Origin: Promethearchaeota archaeon
Lineage (GTDB): Archaea > Asgardarchaeota > Lokiarchaeia > Sigyniarchaeales > SOKP01
Assembly (NCBI GenBank): GCA_030606095.1
Contig: JAUWHC010000001.1
Location: 1-41,094 of the forward strand
Direction: 5' to 3'
DNA length: 41,094 nt
The translations under genes and the position numbers were made by a program. A model generated the notes under the pieces. It was given only the letters and a program-made list of their open reading frames with translations, was not told the origin of the DNA and did not search any database. Positions 15,897 to 26,054 of the stretch are shown piece after piece (position 1 is the stretch's first letter; each line of letters begins with the position of its first letter).

Positions 15897-16712
15897 TTAG
15901 ATGTATAATGACTTTTTCTTATCGTCCATATCAACAAATTGAAATGTACCGAGATCTTTTTCCAATTGGTCTTTTTTACTTTGAAGACTTTTTGTAATAT
16001 CTTCTATATTATCAAGGGAATATTTCTTTTTAATTGGTAACATAAAAGATTTCTTAAGCATTTCTAAGAGTGTTATTGAAGCTTTTAAATCGGTGATATC
16101 CTCATTAAGCATCGCAATATTATCCGTTTCTGCCAAAAGAACAATCCCGTCTATATCAAATCTCGCTTTTGCCAAAGTTGGGATTAACCCATTAGCACCA
16201 ATAATAACCCCTTTTTGGATCTTTTCACAGTTATTTTTTGATAAAAAATTATCTAACAGTTCTCGGTTAGTTGAACTTGCAAATATTTTTGGAATTTTTG
16301 AATCAATCTTGCGACTATTTACGGGATACGCCCCCAAAGCAATTATCAACTTAATTTTACATTGATATATTATCTCTGTAAGAAAATTTGAAATTCTATA
16401 TATGCCTTTAGGTGTTAAACTTTGCGCATCTGCTGTAATTAAAATAATATCTCTTTGATAACTTGGATCTTTCCAAAAAAGAATTTCTGCTTTAGGTGCT
16501 GATAATAGACTATCATCAACGATAGCTCCAGCGGGGTAATCATCAAATATAAAATCCATAAAATTTTGGGCATTTAATTGTCCAATTAAGGAATCTATAG
16601 CGAACTTTCCGACATCAGCGATACCTGGCATTCCTAAAATACAAATAGGGTCCTTAAATTCTTCTTCTTTAATATCATTATGTTTAATTATCCTTATCCC
16701 AGACTCAGTCAA
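15897..16712 (-). CDS. PAC2-family proteasome assembly chaperone (PbaA/PbaB-like)
   Basis: ILGMPGIADVGKFAIDSLI near the N-terminus and an overall length of ~270 aa are typical of the archaeal PAC2 family. Confidence 0.75.
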   Translation of the reverse strand: MTESGIRIIKHNDIKEEEFKDPICILGMPGIADVGKFAIDSLIGQLNAQNFMDFIFDDYPAGAIVDDSLLSAPKAEILFWKDPSYQRDIILITADAQSLTPKGIYRISNFLTEIIYQCKIKLIIALGAYPVNSRKIDSKIPKIFASSTNRELLDNFLSKNNCEKIQKGVIIGANGLIPTLAKARFDIDGIVLLAETDNIAMLNEDITDLKASITLLEMLKKSFMLPIKKKYSLDNIEDITKSLQSKKDQLEKDLGTFQFVDMDDKKKSLYI

Positions 16713-16906
16713 TTTTTTTACCTTAAGTATTGTTTATACGATATAATTAGAATCTTTTTTATGCCTTTAAATCAATGTGTTATCCTAATAGACTCATGAT
16801 TTACTGTTAAAGTAATACTTTAATATTATCACATAAATTTATTATTTAAGGTATCTATAAATATAATGAGGATTTCATATCAATATCATCTGAAAAAGGT
16901 AATTTT

Positions 16907-17515
16907 TTGGAATTGACTGAGCTAAAATATGCATGTCTAAAATGCGGAACGTGTTGCTCTCTCAGATTTTCTAACGCAGATTATATAAAAAGAATACCAA
17001 TATATCCCGAAGAGGTTGATAGATTAATAGAAATTGCCAAAAGGAGACAAATTCCTCTGAAGGTAAAAGAAGATCTTGTTTTTCCAGATATTTTAAATAA
17101 AAAAATGCTTGTGTTAACATATCGTTTTATAGCAAATGAAAACAATCATTGTGTTTTTTATGATCCTAAGATAGGATGTACTATCCATGAAATTAAACCT
17201 TTTGCGTGTCAAGCATATCCATTAACATTAAAACAGATCGATGCTTTTAATTTAGAAATCACAATTGACTCAACTTGCAATTGGGTAGAAGAACATCATA
17301 ATGAATTGAAAAATATAGACATTAATAAGATTAAAATAATTTTCAGGGAAGGCTTTAAAAACGCAGAAGCTTTTCTTAGGAAAAATAAAAAGTTGCAATT
17401 ACATCTAAGAAGAATGGAAGCTGAAAATAAAATAAAGATTGCTCGTCAAATTTCATTAGAAGATTTTAATAAATATTTAAAAGAATGGGAAAGGGAAGAA
17501 ATAACTACAAATTAA
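16907..17515 (+). CDS. YkgJ/UPF0153-family cysteine-cluster (CxxCxxCC) protein
   Basis: CLKCGTCC at the N-terminus, then CVFYD...CTIHEIKPFACQAYP. Confidence 0.7.
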   Translation: MELTELKYACLKCGTCCSLRFSNADYIKRIPIYPEEVDRLIEIAKRRQIPLKVKEDLVFPDILNKKMLVLTYRFIANENNHCVFYDPKIGCTIHEIKPFACQAYPLTLKQIDAFNLEITIDSTCNWVEEHHNELKNIDINKIKIIFREGFKNAEAFLRKNKKLQLHLRRMEAENKIKIARQISLEDFNKYLKEWEREEITTN

Positions 17516-17530
17516 AATTTGAAGTGAACG

Positions 17531-18166
17531 ATGAGAAAATTTATATCTTTACTTTCAGGTGGTTTAGACAGCTCAATCGCAGCATATTTAATGATAAAAA
17601 GGGGTTATATTCCGGTGTTTCTCTCATTTTTAACCTCAGACGATGCAAATCATTCTATGAAAAATAAAGTAATAGAGCTTGTCAAATTATTATCAAGGTA
17701 CACAGATAACGAATTAAAAATCTATATTATTAAACACGATAACAATTTGGAAGTTTTTAAACAATTTTGTGATAGAAAATTAACTTGTGTTTTATGCAAG
17801 CGATTAATGCTTCGAACAGCAAAACAGTTAGGACGTTTAGAAAATACAAAAATAATTGTTACAGGAGATATTTTGGGAGAACAAGCGAGTCAAACTTTAG
17901 ATAATTTATATTCATATAATAATATAATTCAAGATTTTATAGTGTTAAGACCGCTAATAGGATGTGATAAACAAGAAGTAATAAATATAAATAAAAAAAT
18001 TGGGTCTTATGAAGTATCTTCTGTCCCATCAGCGGGGTGTAAATTTAATCCACAATACCCTGAAACTCACGCGAAACCTCATGAAATACAGCTTTCAGAA
18101 TCAAAAATCAATATTTTCGATTTAGTTGAAAATTCAATAGAAAATGCAGAAATATTAAAATTTTGA
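17531..18166 (+). CDS. Stand-alone ThiI-like PP-loop ATP pyrophosphatase (tRNA sulfurtransferase catalytic domain, no THUMP domain)
   Basis: PP-loop LLSGGLDSSIAAYLM, CVLCKR, TGDILGEQASQTLDNL and LRPLIGCDKQEVI. At 211 aa it lacks the N-terminal ferredoxin-like/THUMP module. Confidence 0.7.
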   Translation: MRKFISLLSGGLDSSIAAYLMIKRGYIPVFLSFLTSDDANHSMKNKVIELVKLLSRYTDNELKIYIIKHDNNLEVFKQFCDRKLTCVLCKRLMLRTAKQLGRLENTKIIVTGDILGEQASQTLDNLYSYNNIIQDFIVLRPLIGCDKQEVININKKIGSYEVSSVPSAGCKFNPQYPETHAKPHEIQLSESKINIFDLVENSIENAEILKF

Positions 18167-18547
18167 TTCCAAATTATTAATTAAATCTTTAAATTCTTTA
18201 TCTTTTAACTCAACTTTCTTATATTTATTTAATGCTTCACATATTACTTGAGTTATAAGATGTTTACAAAATCCTATGGATTGATTTATTACAACCTCCT
18301 TATAAAAATTTAGGCATGAACAATATAATTTAGGATATATTAAATATTCGCGATTCTCTCCTAAAGCGAGCCAAATAACTCTATTCGAAGGTTTATAAGT
18401 ATATTTTGTTATGCCTTTTTTTATAACATCTAAAACCTTATCTGCCTTATTAGGAAAAATCGTATCAATGAAATTTATTAACTCATCATCGATTACGCCT
18501 TTCTTTTTTGCAATTGAATAAACATCAAATAATAAATCTTTAGACAT
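18155..18547 (-). CDS. SWIM zinc-finger protein
   Basis: YCSCLNFYKEVVINQSIGFCKHL fits the CxC-x(n)-CxH SWIM signature. Confidence 0.6.
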   Translation of the reverse strand: MSKDLLFDVYSIAKKKGVIDDELINFIDTIFPNKADKVLDVIKKGITKYTYKPSNRVIWLALGENREYLIYPKLYCSCLNFYKEVVINQSIGFCKHLITQVICEALNKYKKVELKDKEFKDLINNLESKF

Positions 18548-18596
18548 TTAGTTATCATATAATTATTATAATTGATAAATAAAAAGGATATTAAGT

Positions 18597-19901
18597 TTGA
18601 ACAAGATTTTATATCTCCCAACAAGATATTTCCCCGCAATCTCGGGGGCAGAGTTTTATATCCAAACAATGGCAGAGATATTAAATTCGAAACACAATTA
18701 CCAAGTTGATATCTATACCTCCACCGCAATTGACTTCAAAGCCCTAAGGCAATCTAATGGTAGAACAATAAATATTGGGGATAAACATTATGATGATGTA
18801 AATAATTTAAAAATTACGCGTTTTCCTATAAAATATAATCTTTTATTAGAAGAAAAAATAAAAATAATTAAAAATCTCCCATCCTACAATCTTTTGAAAC
18901 TATCTGATGATTGTTTGATTGATTTTTTAAAAAATGGTCCTTATTTAGGAGATATAATTGAAAAAATAGCACATTCAACTGAATTTTCCTTTGATTTAAT
19001 TCATACAACCTTCTTTCCATACTTTAATCTTATAATAAGTCTAATACTTGGAAAATTTATCAATAAACCTACTGTTTGTACGCCTTTTTTTCATTTCTCT
19101 AATCCTAGATATCTCAATAAAAACCTTTTTGAAGCTTTAAAAAAATTTGATCAAATCATTGCGTGTACGAATCTTGAAAAAAAAGTAATGGTAGAAAAGT
19201 TTAACCTACCCGAAGATAAAATTAAAGTTATTTCGATGGGAGTAGACTACAAAAAGTTTGATCTCTCTTCTGGTCGAAGTAACAACAAATTTAAATTTAA
19301 ACAAAAGTACTTCAAGCCAAAAGAAAAGAAATATAAAATGATCTTATTTTGTGGATATAAAAATTACGAGAAAGGAGCGATTTCTATTTTACGAGCAATT
19401 CCCTACATTGTTAAAAAATATAAAAAAGTATATTTTGTTTTTATTGGACCTTCCACTATTGCGTTTAATCTAGAGCTCTCAAAAATTAAAAAAACGATAA
19501 CTCGACGAGTTATTAATTTAACTCCAGATAATTTAAAAGGCTACTACGATAAAAAAAAAATAGCCGCTTTTAACGAAACAGATATATTTTTAATGCCAAG
19601 CAAAAGCGATGCGTTTGGTATTGCATATTTAGAGGCCTGGGCTTCTGGCAAACCGGTTATAGGGGCAAACATAGGGGCAACTCCAGAAGTCATTAGGAAT
19701 AACATTGATGGTTTATTAGTTGAATATGATAATTATTTAGACATAGCTAATAAAGTTATAACGCTACTTAAAAGGAAGAACTTCAGTAAAAAATTAGGAT
19801 CAGAAGGTAAAATTAGAGTTCGCCAAAATTTTTCATGGGATATAGTAGCTAGAAAAACTCATGAAACTTACCAAGAATTAATTTCAAAAAAAGTGGATTA
19901 A
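18597..19901 (+). CDS. Glycosyltransferase, GT4 family (GT-B fold)
   Basis: The C-terminal domain has FLMPSKSDAFGIAYLEAWASGKPVIGANIGATPEVI...DGLLV (an EX7E-type motif). TTG start. Confidence 0.8.
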   Translation: MNKILYLPTRYFPAISGAEFYIQTMAEILNSKHNYQVDIYTSTAIDFKALRQSNGRTINIGDKHYDDVNNLKITRFPIKYNLLLEEKIKIIKNLPSYNLLKLSDDCLIDFLKNGPYLGDIIEKIAHSTEFSFDLIHTTFFPYFNLIISLILGKFINKPTVCTPFFHFSNPRYLNKNLFEALKKFDQIIACTNLEKKVMVEKFNLPEDKIKVISMGVDYKKFDLSSGRSNNKFKFKQKYFKPKEKKYKMILFCGYKNYEKGAISILRAIPYIVKKYKKVYFVFIGPSTIAFNLELSKIKKTITRRVINLTPDNLKGYYDKKKIAAFNETDIFLMPSKSDAFGIAYLEAWASGKPVIGANIGATPEVIRNNIDGLLVEYDNYLDIANKVITLLKRKNFSKKLGSEGKIRVRQNFSWDIVARKTHETYQELISKKVD

Positions 19902-19902
19902 A

Positions 19903-21123
19903 TTGAAGAAAATATCTGGAAACCCCTATTTAAATAAAAAAGAGGGAAATGTATTAATTGATACGATTCTACTCAACGACGTTTTAAGAAATTCAACAAC
20001 TCCATTGATGATTTTTTTAGAAAATAGAGTTAGAGATAATATTAACTCCTTTTGTAGAGTATTTAAATCAGTTTTTAAAAATTTTCAATGTTTTTATTCA
20101 TTTAAAGCCAATTTTCTCCCAGAAATTTGTAAAATTATTCAATCGGAAGGTATAGGTGCTGAATTAATCGGATTACCTGAATTAAATTTAGCGCTAAAAT
20201 TGCAATTTCCCCCAAACAAAATTATTGTAGGAGGACCTTATTTACCACACGATCTCATCGAAAAATGCATACAAGAGAATGTAAAAGAAATTATCGTCTA
20301 TAACTTAAACGATTTAATTCAAATTAACTCGATTGCTAAAAGAAATCAAAAAATTCAAAATATATGCATTAGAATTAATTCTCAAAAATATGGGAGTAAA
20401 TTAGGAATCGTATTAGACAAATCTAAATTAACAAAATTAGCAAATTTAGTAAAAGAATGTAAAAACATCAAATTAACAACGATTTTATCTCATTTTTCTA
20501 CTCAAATGAATAATTTTGGACAATTTAAAAAAAACATAGAATCTCTCATAGAAAATATTAAAATTTTATCAGATACAGGGATTAATGTAGAAAATATTAA
20601 TTTAGGAGGCGGTTTTCCAGAAGCCATTATAATGCCAGAAACTCAATTAAGAGAAATAGCGAAAAATATAAACTCAACCTTAGGTAACTCTGAGTTTAAT
20701 TTTAAAAATATCTATTTTGAACCAGGACGCTATTTTATTGGAGATGCTGGTATATTTCTTGCGAAAATTATTAAGGTATCTGAAGATAGATGGATTTTTT
20801 TAAATATAGGAAATCATATTTGTCCCAAATTCGCAAAGTGCTCTTTAAGATTTTACAATGCGTCAAAAATCAACGAACCACATAAATTTAAAACTTCAAT
20901 AGCTGGAATTGTGCCTACTGATCAAGATGTATTAGCGAAAAATTATTTTTTTACTAAATCTTTAAAAGAAAATGATATTGTAATGGTTACGAATGTCGGA
21001 GCGTATACTCTGACTTTTTCTAATCGGTTTCCATATACTCTCCCTAAAATAATTCTTGTTAAGAATAGAACTATTATCGAAATTTTTGATCCTTTGAAAA
21101 ATTATGATTTTTCCTTAACCTAA
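19903..21123 (+). CDS. PLP-dependent Orn/DAP/Arg decarboxylase family protein (fold type III)
   Basis: YSFKANFLPEICKII (PLP Lys), HFSTQ, NLGGGFP and EPGRYFIGDAG. TTG start 2 nt after the stop of the GT4 gene. Confidence 0.75.
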   Translation: MKKISGNPYLNKKEGNVLIDTILLNDVLRNSTTPLMIFLENRVRDNINSFCRVFKSVFKNFQCFYSFKANFLPEICKIIQSEGIGAELIGLPELNLALKLQFPPNKIIVGGPYLPHDLIEKCIQENVKEIIVYNLNDLIQINSIAKRNQKIQNICIRINSQKYGSKLGIVLDKSKLTKLANLVKECKNIKLTTILSHFSTQMNNFGQFKKNIESLIENIKILSDTGINVENINLGGGFPEAIIMPETQLREIAKNINSTLGNSEFNFKNIYFEPGRYFIGDAGIFLAKIIKVSEDRWIFLNIGNHICPKFAKCSLRFYNASKINEPHKFKTSIAGIVPTDQDVLAKNYFFTKSLKENDIVMVTNVGAYTLTFSNRFPYTLPKIILVKNRTIIEIFDPLKNYDFSLT

Positions 21124-21237
21124 TATTTTAAAATTGTTCTTTTTGTAATTTGCAAATAATATGAGGATATTATATTAATTCTAAAATTTCATTTATATTA
21201 TTTCTATAACACATACAAAACAATCTGGTGTTTTTTA

Positions 21238-22344
21238 ATGGAATCTCTAATAAGAAATGCTCGAAAGAGAGAAGTAATCAGACCAACTCGTGAAAATTTT
21301 GGTTACGCTAATATTAAAATTGTTGGATGTGGAGGGGCTGGAAACAACACCATTAATAGGTTAATGAAAATAGGAATAAAAGGAGCAAAATGCGTAGCGG
21401 TAAATACAGATCTCCAACATTTAGAAAGCGTTGAGTCCCACATAAAACTGTTAATTGGTAAAGATTTAACGCGAGGTTTAGGTGCAGGTGGCAATCCAGA
21501 CATTGGTAGAGCAGCAGCAGAAGAATCACGTGAAGATTTAACAAAGATACTAAGAGAAGCTAATTTAGTCTTTATTACCTGTGGAGAAGGTGGGGGGACT
21601 GGGACTGGAAGCGCACCTATAGTAGCTGAAATAGCTAAACTTGAAGGAGCAATAGTTGTAGGCGTCGTCACATTACCATTTGATACTGAAATAGGACGAA
21701 TAGAAAAAGCTCAAATGGGACTTAATGAACTAAAGAAGTACGCGGATACACTAGTGGTAATCGATAATAATAGCCTTTTAGACATTGCTCCAGATTTACC
21801 GATCATAGAGGCGTTTAGCGTCGCCGATGAAGTTTTAGCAACTATGGTAAAGGGAATAACTGAAACAATTTCATTACCTTCACTAATTAATTTAGACTTT
21901 GCTGATGTTAGGACCATTTTAAGTACGGGAGGCGTAGCAATTGTAGGAGTGGGTGAGTCTGGTAATAAAGGTAACCGTGTAGAAGAGGCCATTGAAGACG
22001 CACTCAACTCACCATTACTAGATGTATCTATTGACGGCGCAAAGGGTGCTTTAATTCATATTTGTGGCGGAAACGATATGACTCTCGCAGAAGCAAATTC
22101 TGTAGCAAAGAAAATTTCTGAAAAAATGGATGTGAACAATGCGATGGTAATCTGGGGTGCCCGGGTAAACGATGAGTTCGACGGATATTTAAGAGTTATG
22201 CTCCTTATAACTGGAATTAAATCGCCACAGATTTTTGGACAAGATATATCACCCGTTCAATCATTTAATAACAAAAATATATCTAATAAAAAAATTGGTT
22301 TATCCAATGATATTTTTAACATCGGTGAACTTGCTTTTGATTAA
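21238..22344 (+). CDS. ftsZ: Cell division protein FtsZ
   Basis: GCGGAGNNTINRL, NTDLQHL, and the tubulin signature GGGTGTGSAPIVAEIAK. Confidence 0.95.
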   Translation: MESLIRNARKREVIRPTRENFGYANIKIVGCGGAGNNTINRLMKIGIKGAKCVAVNTDLQHLESVESHIKLLIGKDLTRGLGAGGNPDIGRAAAEESREDLTKILREANLVFITCGEGGGTGTGSAPIVAEIAKLEGAIVVGVVTLPFDTEIGRIEKAQMGLNELKKYADTLVVIDNNSLLDIAPDLPIIEAFSVADEVLATMVKGITETISLPSLINLDFADVRTILSTGGVAIVGVGESGNKGNRVEEAIEDALNSPLLDVSIDGAKGALIHICGGNDMTLAEANSVAKKISEKMDVNNAMVIWGARVNDEFDGYLRVMLLITGIKSPQIFGQDISPVQSFNNKNISNKKIGLSNDIFNIGELAFD

Positions 22345-22391
22345 TGTAATTTTTATTACTCCTTTTTAAATTTATTTCTTTAATTAATTAT

Positions 22392-22742
22392 ATGGACCCA
22401 AAATATTGCTCTAAAACCCAAAAAGAAGTAAGTACAGTTTTAAAAAGTCTATTTGAATGGCAAAATCTATTTTCTATCAAGGTAAAATATTTTTATGAAG
22501 GATGGGCTGTATATCTAAGAGAAATGAGCATGTATCCTCGATGTATAGTGATTTTCAAACATTACTCTAAGGAAAGTTTTTCGATTAAAAGTTTTGAGAT
22601 CAATTTTGATAAAAATAAAAGTGAATCTTATAAGGAGCTTTATGTTAATGAAAGTATTTACTCTATTTCTAATCTATTAAGTGAAACAAAGCAAATTATA
22701 TATGGAAAAGATATTTTAGGAAATATCAAGAAATTGTTGTAG
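22392..22742 (+). CDS. Hypothetical protein (116 aa)
   Basis: ORF only; no motif recognised. Confidence 0.4.
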   Translation: MDPKYCSKTQKEVSTVLKSLFEWQNLFSIKVKYFYEGWAVYLREMSMYPRCIVIFKHYSKESFSIKSFEINFDKNKSESYKELYVNESIYSISNLLSETKQIIYGKDILGNIKKLL

Positions 22743-22811
22743 TAAGGTTCATAACTATTTCAATTCAATGTGAAACAAACATCCAAATATAAAAAAAGCT
22801 AAAAACGCTAA

Positions 22812-23369
22812 TTAGAATTGAGGCTTATATAATTTTTTAAATTCTTCCTTCTTTTTATCGTTGTATTTATGTTCTAAAAACTTTAGTACCGTGTGATGAG
22901 GCATCCCACCCAATATCATACTTACTGCTTTTCTTGCGATTTGTAAATTATCATAATCGGAAATGATTGAGACTGTTTTTCCATAGACAGATACGTAGCT
23001 CTCGGCAAATCTTTCGATTGCTTTTCTCATTTCACCATTCCTACCAATAATTCTCCCCTTTAATCTTTTTATTTTCTTCTCAGATTTTCCTAATATTTTA
23101 TACAAATTAAAAACTTCTATGTCAAAAGTTTCGTCTAGAAGCTTCATAGCTTTAATAGGGTTAAATCCTCTGTTTATAGCATTAATTATTTTTTGAGCAA
23201 TAAAGATATTAAGGGGATTATAATTTGGGTGCTCTATAACAGGCCTCACTTCGCAATCTCCAGACTCACTGTCCAAATTAATCTTAACTCCCAATGACTC
23301 TTCAATTTCTCGTTTAGTTTCACCGTTTTTTCCAATTGTTACCGCAATTCTATTTTTTCCTATTTTCAT
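22812..23369 (-). CDS. KH-domain RNA-binding protein (Dim2/Pno1-like pre-rRNA processing factor)
   Basis: Two KH GxxG motifs (IGKNGETKREIE; IGRNGEMRKAIE). Sits downstream of Rio1 as in many archaea. Confidence 0.8.
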   Translation of the reverse strand: MKIGKNRIAVTIGKNGETKREIEESLGVKINLDSESGDCEVRPVIEHPNYNPLNIFIAQKIINAINRGFNPIKAMKLLDETFDIEVFNLYKILGKSEKKIKRLKGRIIGRNGEMRKAIERFAESYVSVYGKTVSIISDYDNLQIARKAVSMILGGMPHHTVLKFLEHKYNDKKKEEFKKLYKPQF

Positions 23370-23415
23370 AATTCTAATTTAACTTTAGTACCTTCAATAA
23401 TGAAAGTTTATTTTT

Positions 23416-24279
23416 TTATTTATCTAAATTTATAACTTCGTAATAAAAATCCTCTGGATTAGGAATTTCAACTCCGATTTTTTCAAAATAATTAAAAACA
23501 TTCTTAATATCTCTCACTAAATAAACTTCTGCTTTTGGATGAAATGTAGTGACTGCTTGTGAGATGTCAATTACAATTGGTTTTTGATTATGATATAAAA
23601 TATTAAATTCGGATAAATCACCATGAACTAAGTTTGCATTTTGATATAAGTTTTTAATAAAACCAAGAATTTCATTTAATAGTTTAATAGGTTCCTTTGG
23701 AAATTTTATATCTTTAAGTTTTGGTGCAGGAATTGATCCAAAACCAATATATTCCATAATTAAAATATTATTTTTTACATAGATTGGCTCAGGTACGCTC
23801 AAACCTGCTTTATAAGCCCTTTTAAGATTTTTAAACTCTTTACTTGCCCATAAAAATATAATTTTTGATATGTTATGTGGTATTTTTTTAAATCTAGGAT
23901 CTCCTATAATATAATTTCTCATCCATCTTGACGTATTACTATCAATCTTATAAATTTTTATCGCAACTTCGCGATTATCTTCACCGTAAGCAAGGTAAAC
24001 ATTTGCTTCCTTACCTGCAGAAATTATCCCTTCAATTCTGTTTAAACGGCCAATTTTTAATAATTTGTTTACTTGTAAATACATTCTTTCATCAAAAACA
24101 GAATCTACAGTGGCTCTTTTTTTAGTTTGATCAATTTTTTTAATTCTTATCGAATCAATCTTCTTTTTTTCTAAATCATCTAATCTTGTATTAAATTTTT
24201 TATTTAAAACATCATTTGAAACTTCTCTTTCAAGTTCTTCCTCATCTTTATCAATAAAATCATTGTTTTTTTCCTCCAC
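23416..24279 (-). CDS. RIO-type serine/threonine protein kinase (Rio1 family)
   Basis: ISAGKEANVY, VAIKIYK and LVHGDLSEFNIL catalytic loop, with an acidic/basic N-terminal extension. Confidence 0.9.
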   Translation of the reverse strand: MEEKNNDFIDKDEEELEREVSNDVLNKKFNTRLDDLEKKKIDSIRIKKIDQTKKRATVDSVFDERMYLQVNKLLKIGRLNRIEGIISAGKEANVYLAYGEDNREVAIKIYKIDSNTSRWMRNYIIGDPRFKKIPHNISKIIFLWASKEFKNLKRAYKAGLSVPEPIYVKNNILIMEYIGFGSIPAPKLKDIKFPKEPIKLLNEILGFIKNLYQNANLVHGDLSEFNILYHNQKPIVIDISQAVTTFHPKAEVYLVRDIKNVFNYFEKIGVEIPNPEDFYYEVINLDK

Positions 24280-25197
24280 TTAATCCCCCTCCATAATCCT
24301 TTTAAATGCTTTTTTATCATCAAAAAAAGAAAAGTTTTTTATAAGTTTAATATGGTTTTCATCTCTTAATAAAACCCTATTTTTGGTAATATTCTCCACA
24401 AAATATTTGGATTTGTTTATTAAAATATAGTCATTTTTTTTAATTGGTAAAAATTTTATAAGTGTTTTTAATCTATAGAGATTTCTTCCCTTTTGAGTAT
24501 CTCTCCCTACTAGCTTTTTTGTTCTTTTTAAAATAAAATTATATTTTGACTTTAAACGTGAAACGATGTGTTTCATTAACTCATTTGTACTTAAATACAA
24601 ATCCACACCAAGTTTTTGATCTTCCATTTTTGAAATATATTGTTTATCGTCTTTTTTAAAGATATTTTCTACAAAATAAAGGATATCATCCAAAACTTTA
24701 TTAATAATATCAAATTGATTCTCATTTTTTACCCGTAATTGAATAATTGATAAAAAATACATCCCCCCTCTTAAATTAGAACAATTTTTACATAATTCGT
24801 AATTTATTTTGACTTTTATCGTTTGTTGATGAGTAATTTTATGATCTTCCCTCAAAGTTCCTGTAATTGTAAGATCAAAAGAAGATAACAAATCTTTTTG
24901 AGTAAACATTAATTCTTCAAATGAGAATGAAAAGGTGATTAAATCTTGTTTTAAATAAGATTTTAATAAAAATCGAGATATTACCTCTTCTATAATTGGA
25001 AATAATTCATTTTCAGCAGGTTCAATCCATTCTTCTTTTTTTGAATATTTCCTGCAATCGGTGCACATTTTAAAACTGATACTTTTTGGCAATTCGAATA
25101 ATGGATTTTCTTTTAAAAAACAGTTAAGGCACATACCAAAATAAGGCGCGTTTTCTTCTAGAGCCGTTCCACATATTGCACAAAATCTATGAGGCAT
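24280..25197 (-). CDS. NMD3-family protein (60S export adaptor homologue)
   Basis: N-terminal double CxxC (FCAICG...CLNCF, CTDCRKY). Size and operon position next to Rio1 fit the family. Confidence 0.75.
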   Translation of the reverse strand: MPHRFCAICGTALEENAPYFGMCLNCFLKENPLFELPKSISFKMCTDCRKYSKKEEWIEPAENELFPIIEEVISRFLLKSYLKQDLITFSFSFEELMFTQKDLLSSFDLTITGTLREDHKITHQQTIKVKINYELCKNCSNLRGGMYFLSIIQLRVKNENQFDIINKVLDDILYFVENIFKKDDKQYISKMEDQKLGVDLYLSTNELMKHIVSRLKSKYNFILKRTKKLVGRDTQKGRNLYRLKTLIKFLPIKKNDYILINKSKYFVENITKNRVLLRDENHIKLIKNFSFFDDKKAFKRIMEGD

Positions 25198-25493
25198 TAA
25201 AACATCATTTTTATTGCCATTGGAATATTATTTATTTTTTTAACTCCTTCTTTAGGAAGGATTTTATGGGCAATTACCTTATTGGTTATATTTTCACCCA
25301 CTATATTAAAGTACGACACCTTTTTTAACAATTCTACTGCCTTATCTATGCTTAGAAGATCGCCCCCAAAAAAGTGTTCACTAATTTCGATTTTCAAATT
25401 TCCCTCAATAAAAATTTGGTTTAATAACAACTCATCGCAACATGCAACCGTATCGATACCATTTCGACGATGGATTTTAAGATATACTCTCAT
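25197..25493 (-). CDS. DUF424-family protein
   Basis: The ~98-aa protein MRVYLKIH....VACCDELL....FFGG fits the archaeal DUF424 pattern. It overlaps the NMD3 start by 1 nt. Confidence 0.6.
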   Translation of the reverse strand: MRVYLKIHRRNGIDTVACCDELLLNQIFIEGNLKIEISEHFFGGDLLSIDKAVELLKKVSYFNIVGENITNKVIAHKILPKEGVKKINNIPMAIKMMF

Positions 25494-25514
25494 CTGGCAA
25501 TCATTAAACTATCT

Positions 25515-25928
25515 TTATTTTTCTCTTATTTCTTCATGTGCTCCGCAAGCAGTGCATTTAAGAAATTTTTTTTTCCCTTCTCTTTGAATTTCTGTATCAG
25601 GCTTATTACAAATTTTGCATAATACATATGTTTTAGAATATAATTCAATTAACCGATTTAAAACTTGTTCTTTATAAACTCCTTTTAAAAAAAGATGTTG
25701 TCCCCTCATTTCTCCCATTGTACCTACTTTTTTTAAAAACTCTACAATGAAATGTTTTCGCTCGCGATTTAAAGTATTGATAATTTTATTAAAATTTATA
25801 ATATAAGTATTCTTAGCTTCTATTCTTATCTGAACTTTTGGTATTTCAAATCTAGATAATTTCTTTACGTTATCGGGGATATTTTCATAACCCTTGTCTA
25901 ATAATTCCTGATAATTGTTTATATCCAT
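25515..25928 (-). CDS. Translation initiation factor aIF-2 beta subunit
   Basis: FEIPK, YVLCKICNKPDTEI...LKCTACGA C-terminal zinc ribbon; about 137 aa. Confidence 0.9.
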   Translation of the reverse strand: MDINNYQELLDKGYENIPDNVKKLSRFEIPKVQIRIEAKNTYIINFNKIINTLNRERKHFIVEFLKKVGTMGEMRGQHLFLKGVYKEQVLNRLIELYSKTYVLCKICNKPDTEIQREGKKKFLKCTACGAHEEIREK

Positions 25929-26054
25929 TTTAGTTTACCTTTTTTTTACTTCTTCTACTAAATGTAATAATCTTTCTAACAAAAATACTTTTTCGATTTT
26001 AAAAAATTATTTGAAAAGACAATTCAAAAAAAAAGCTTCTAGTTAGAATTGTTT

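Noticed and set aside
21303-22007. Three antisense ORFs (63-122 aa) inside ftsZ
   Set aside because: They lie opposite the Gly/Ala-rich FtsZ core. The Pro/Ser-rich translations are typical of antisense artefacts.
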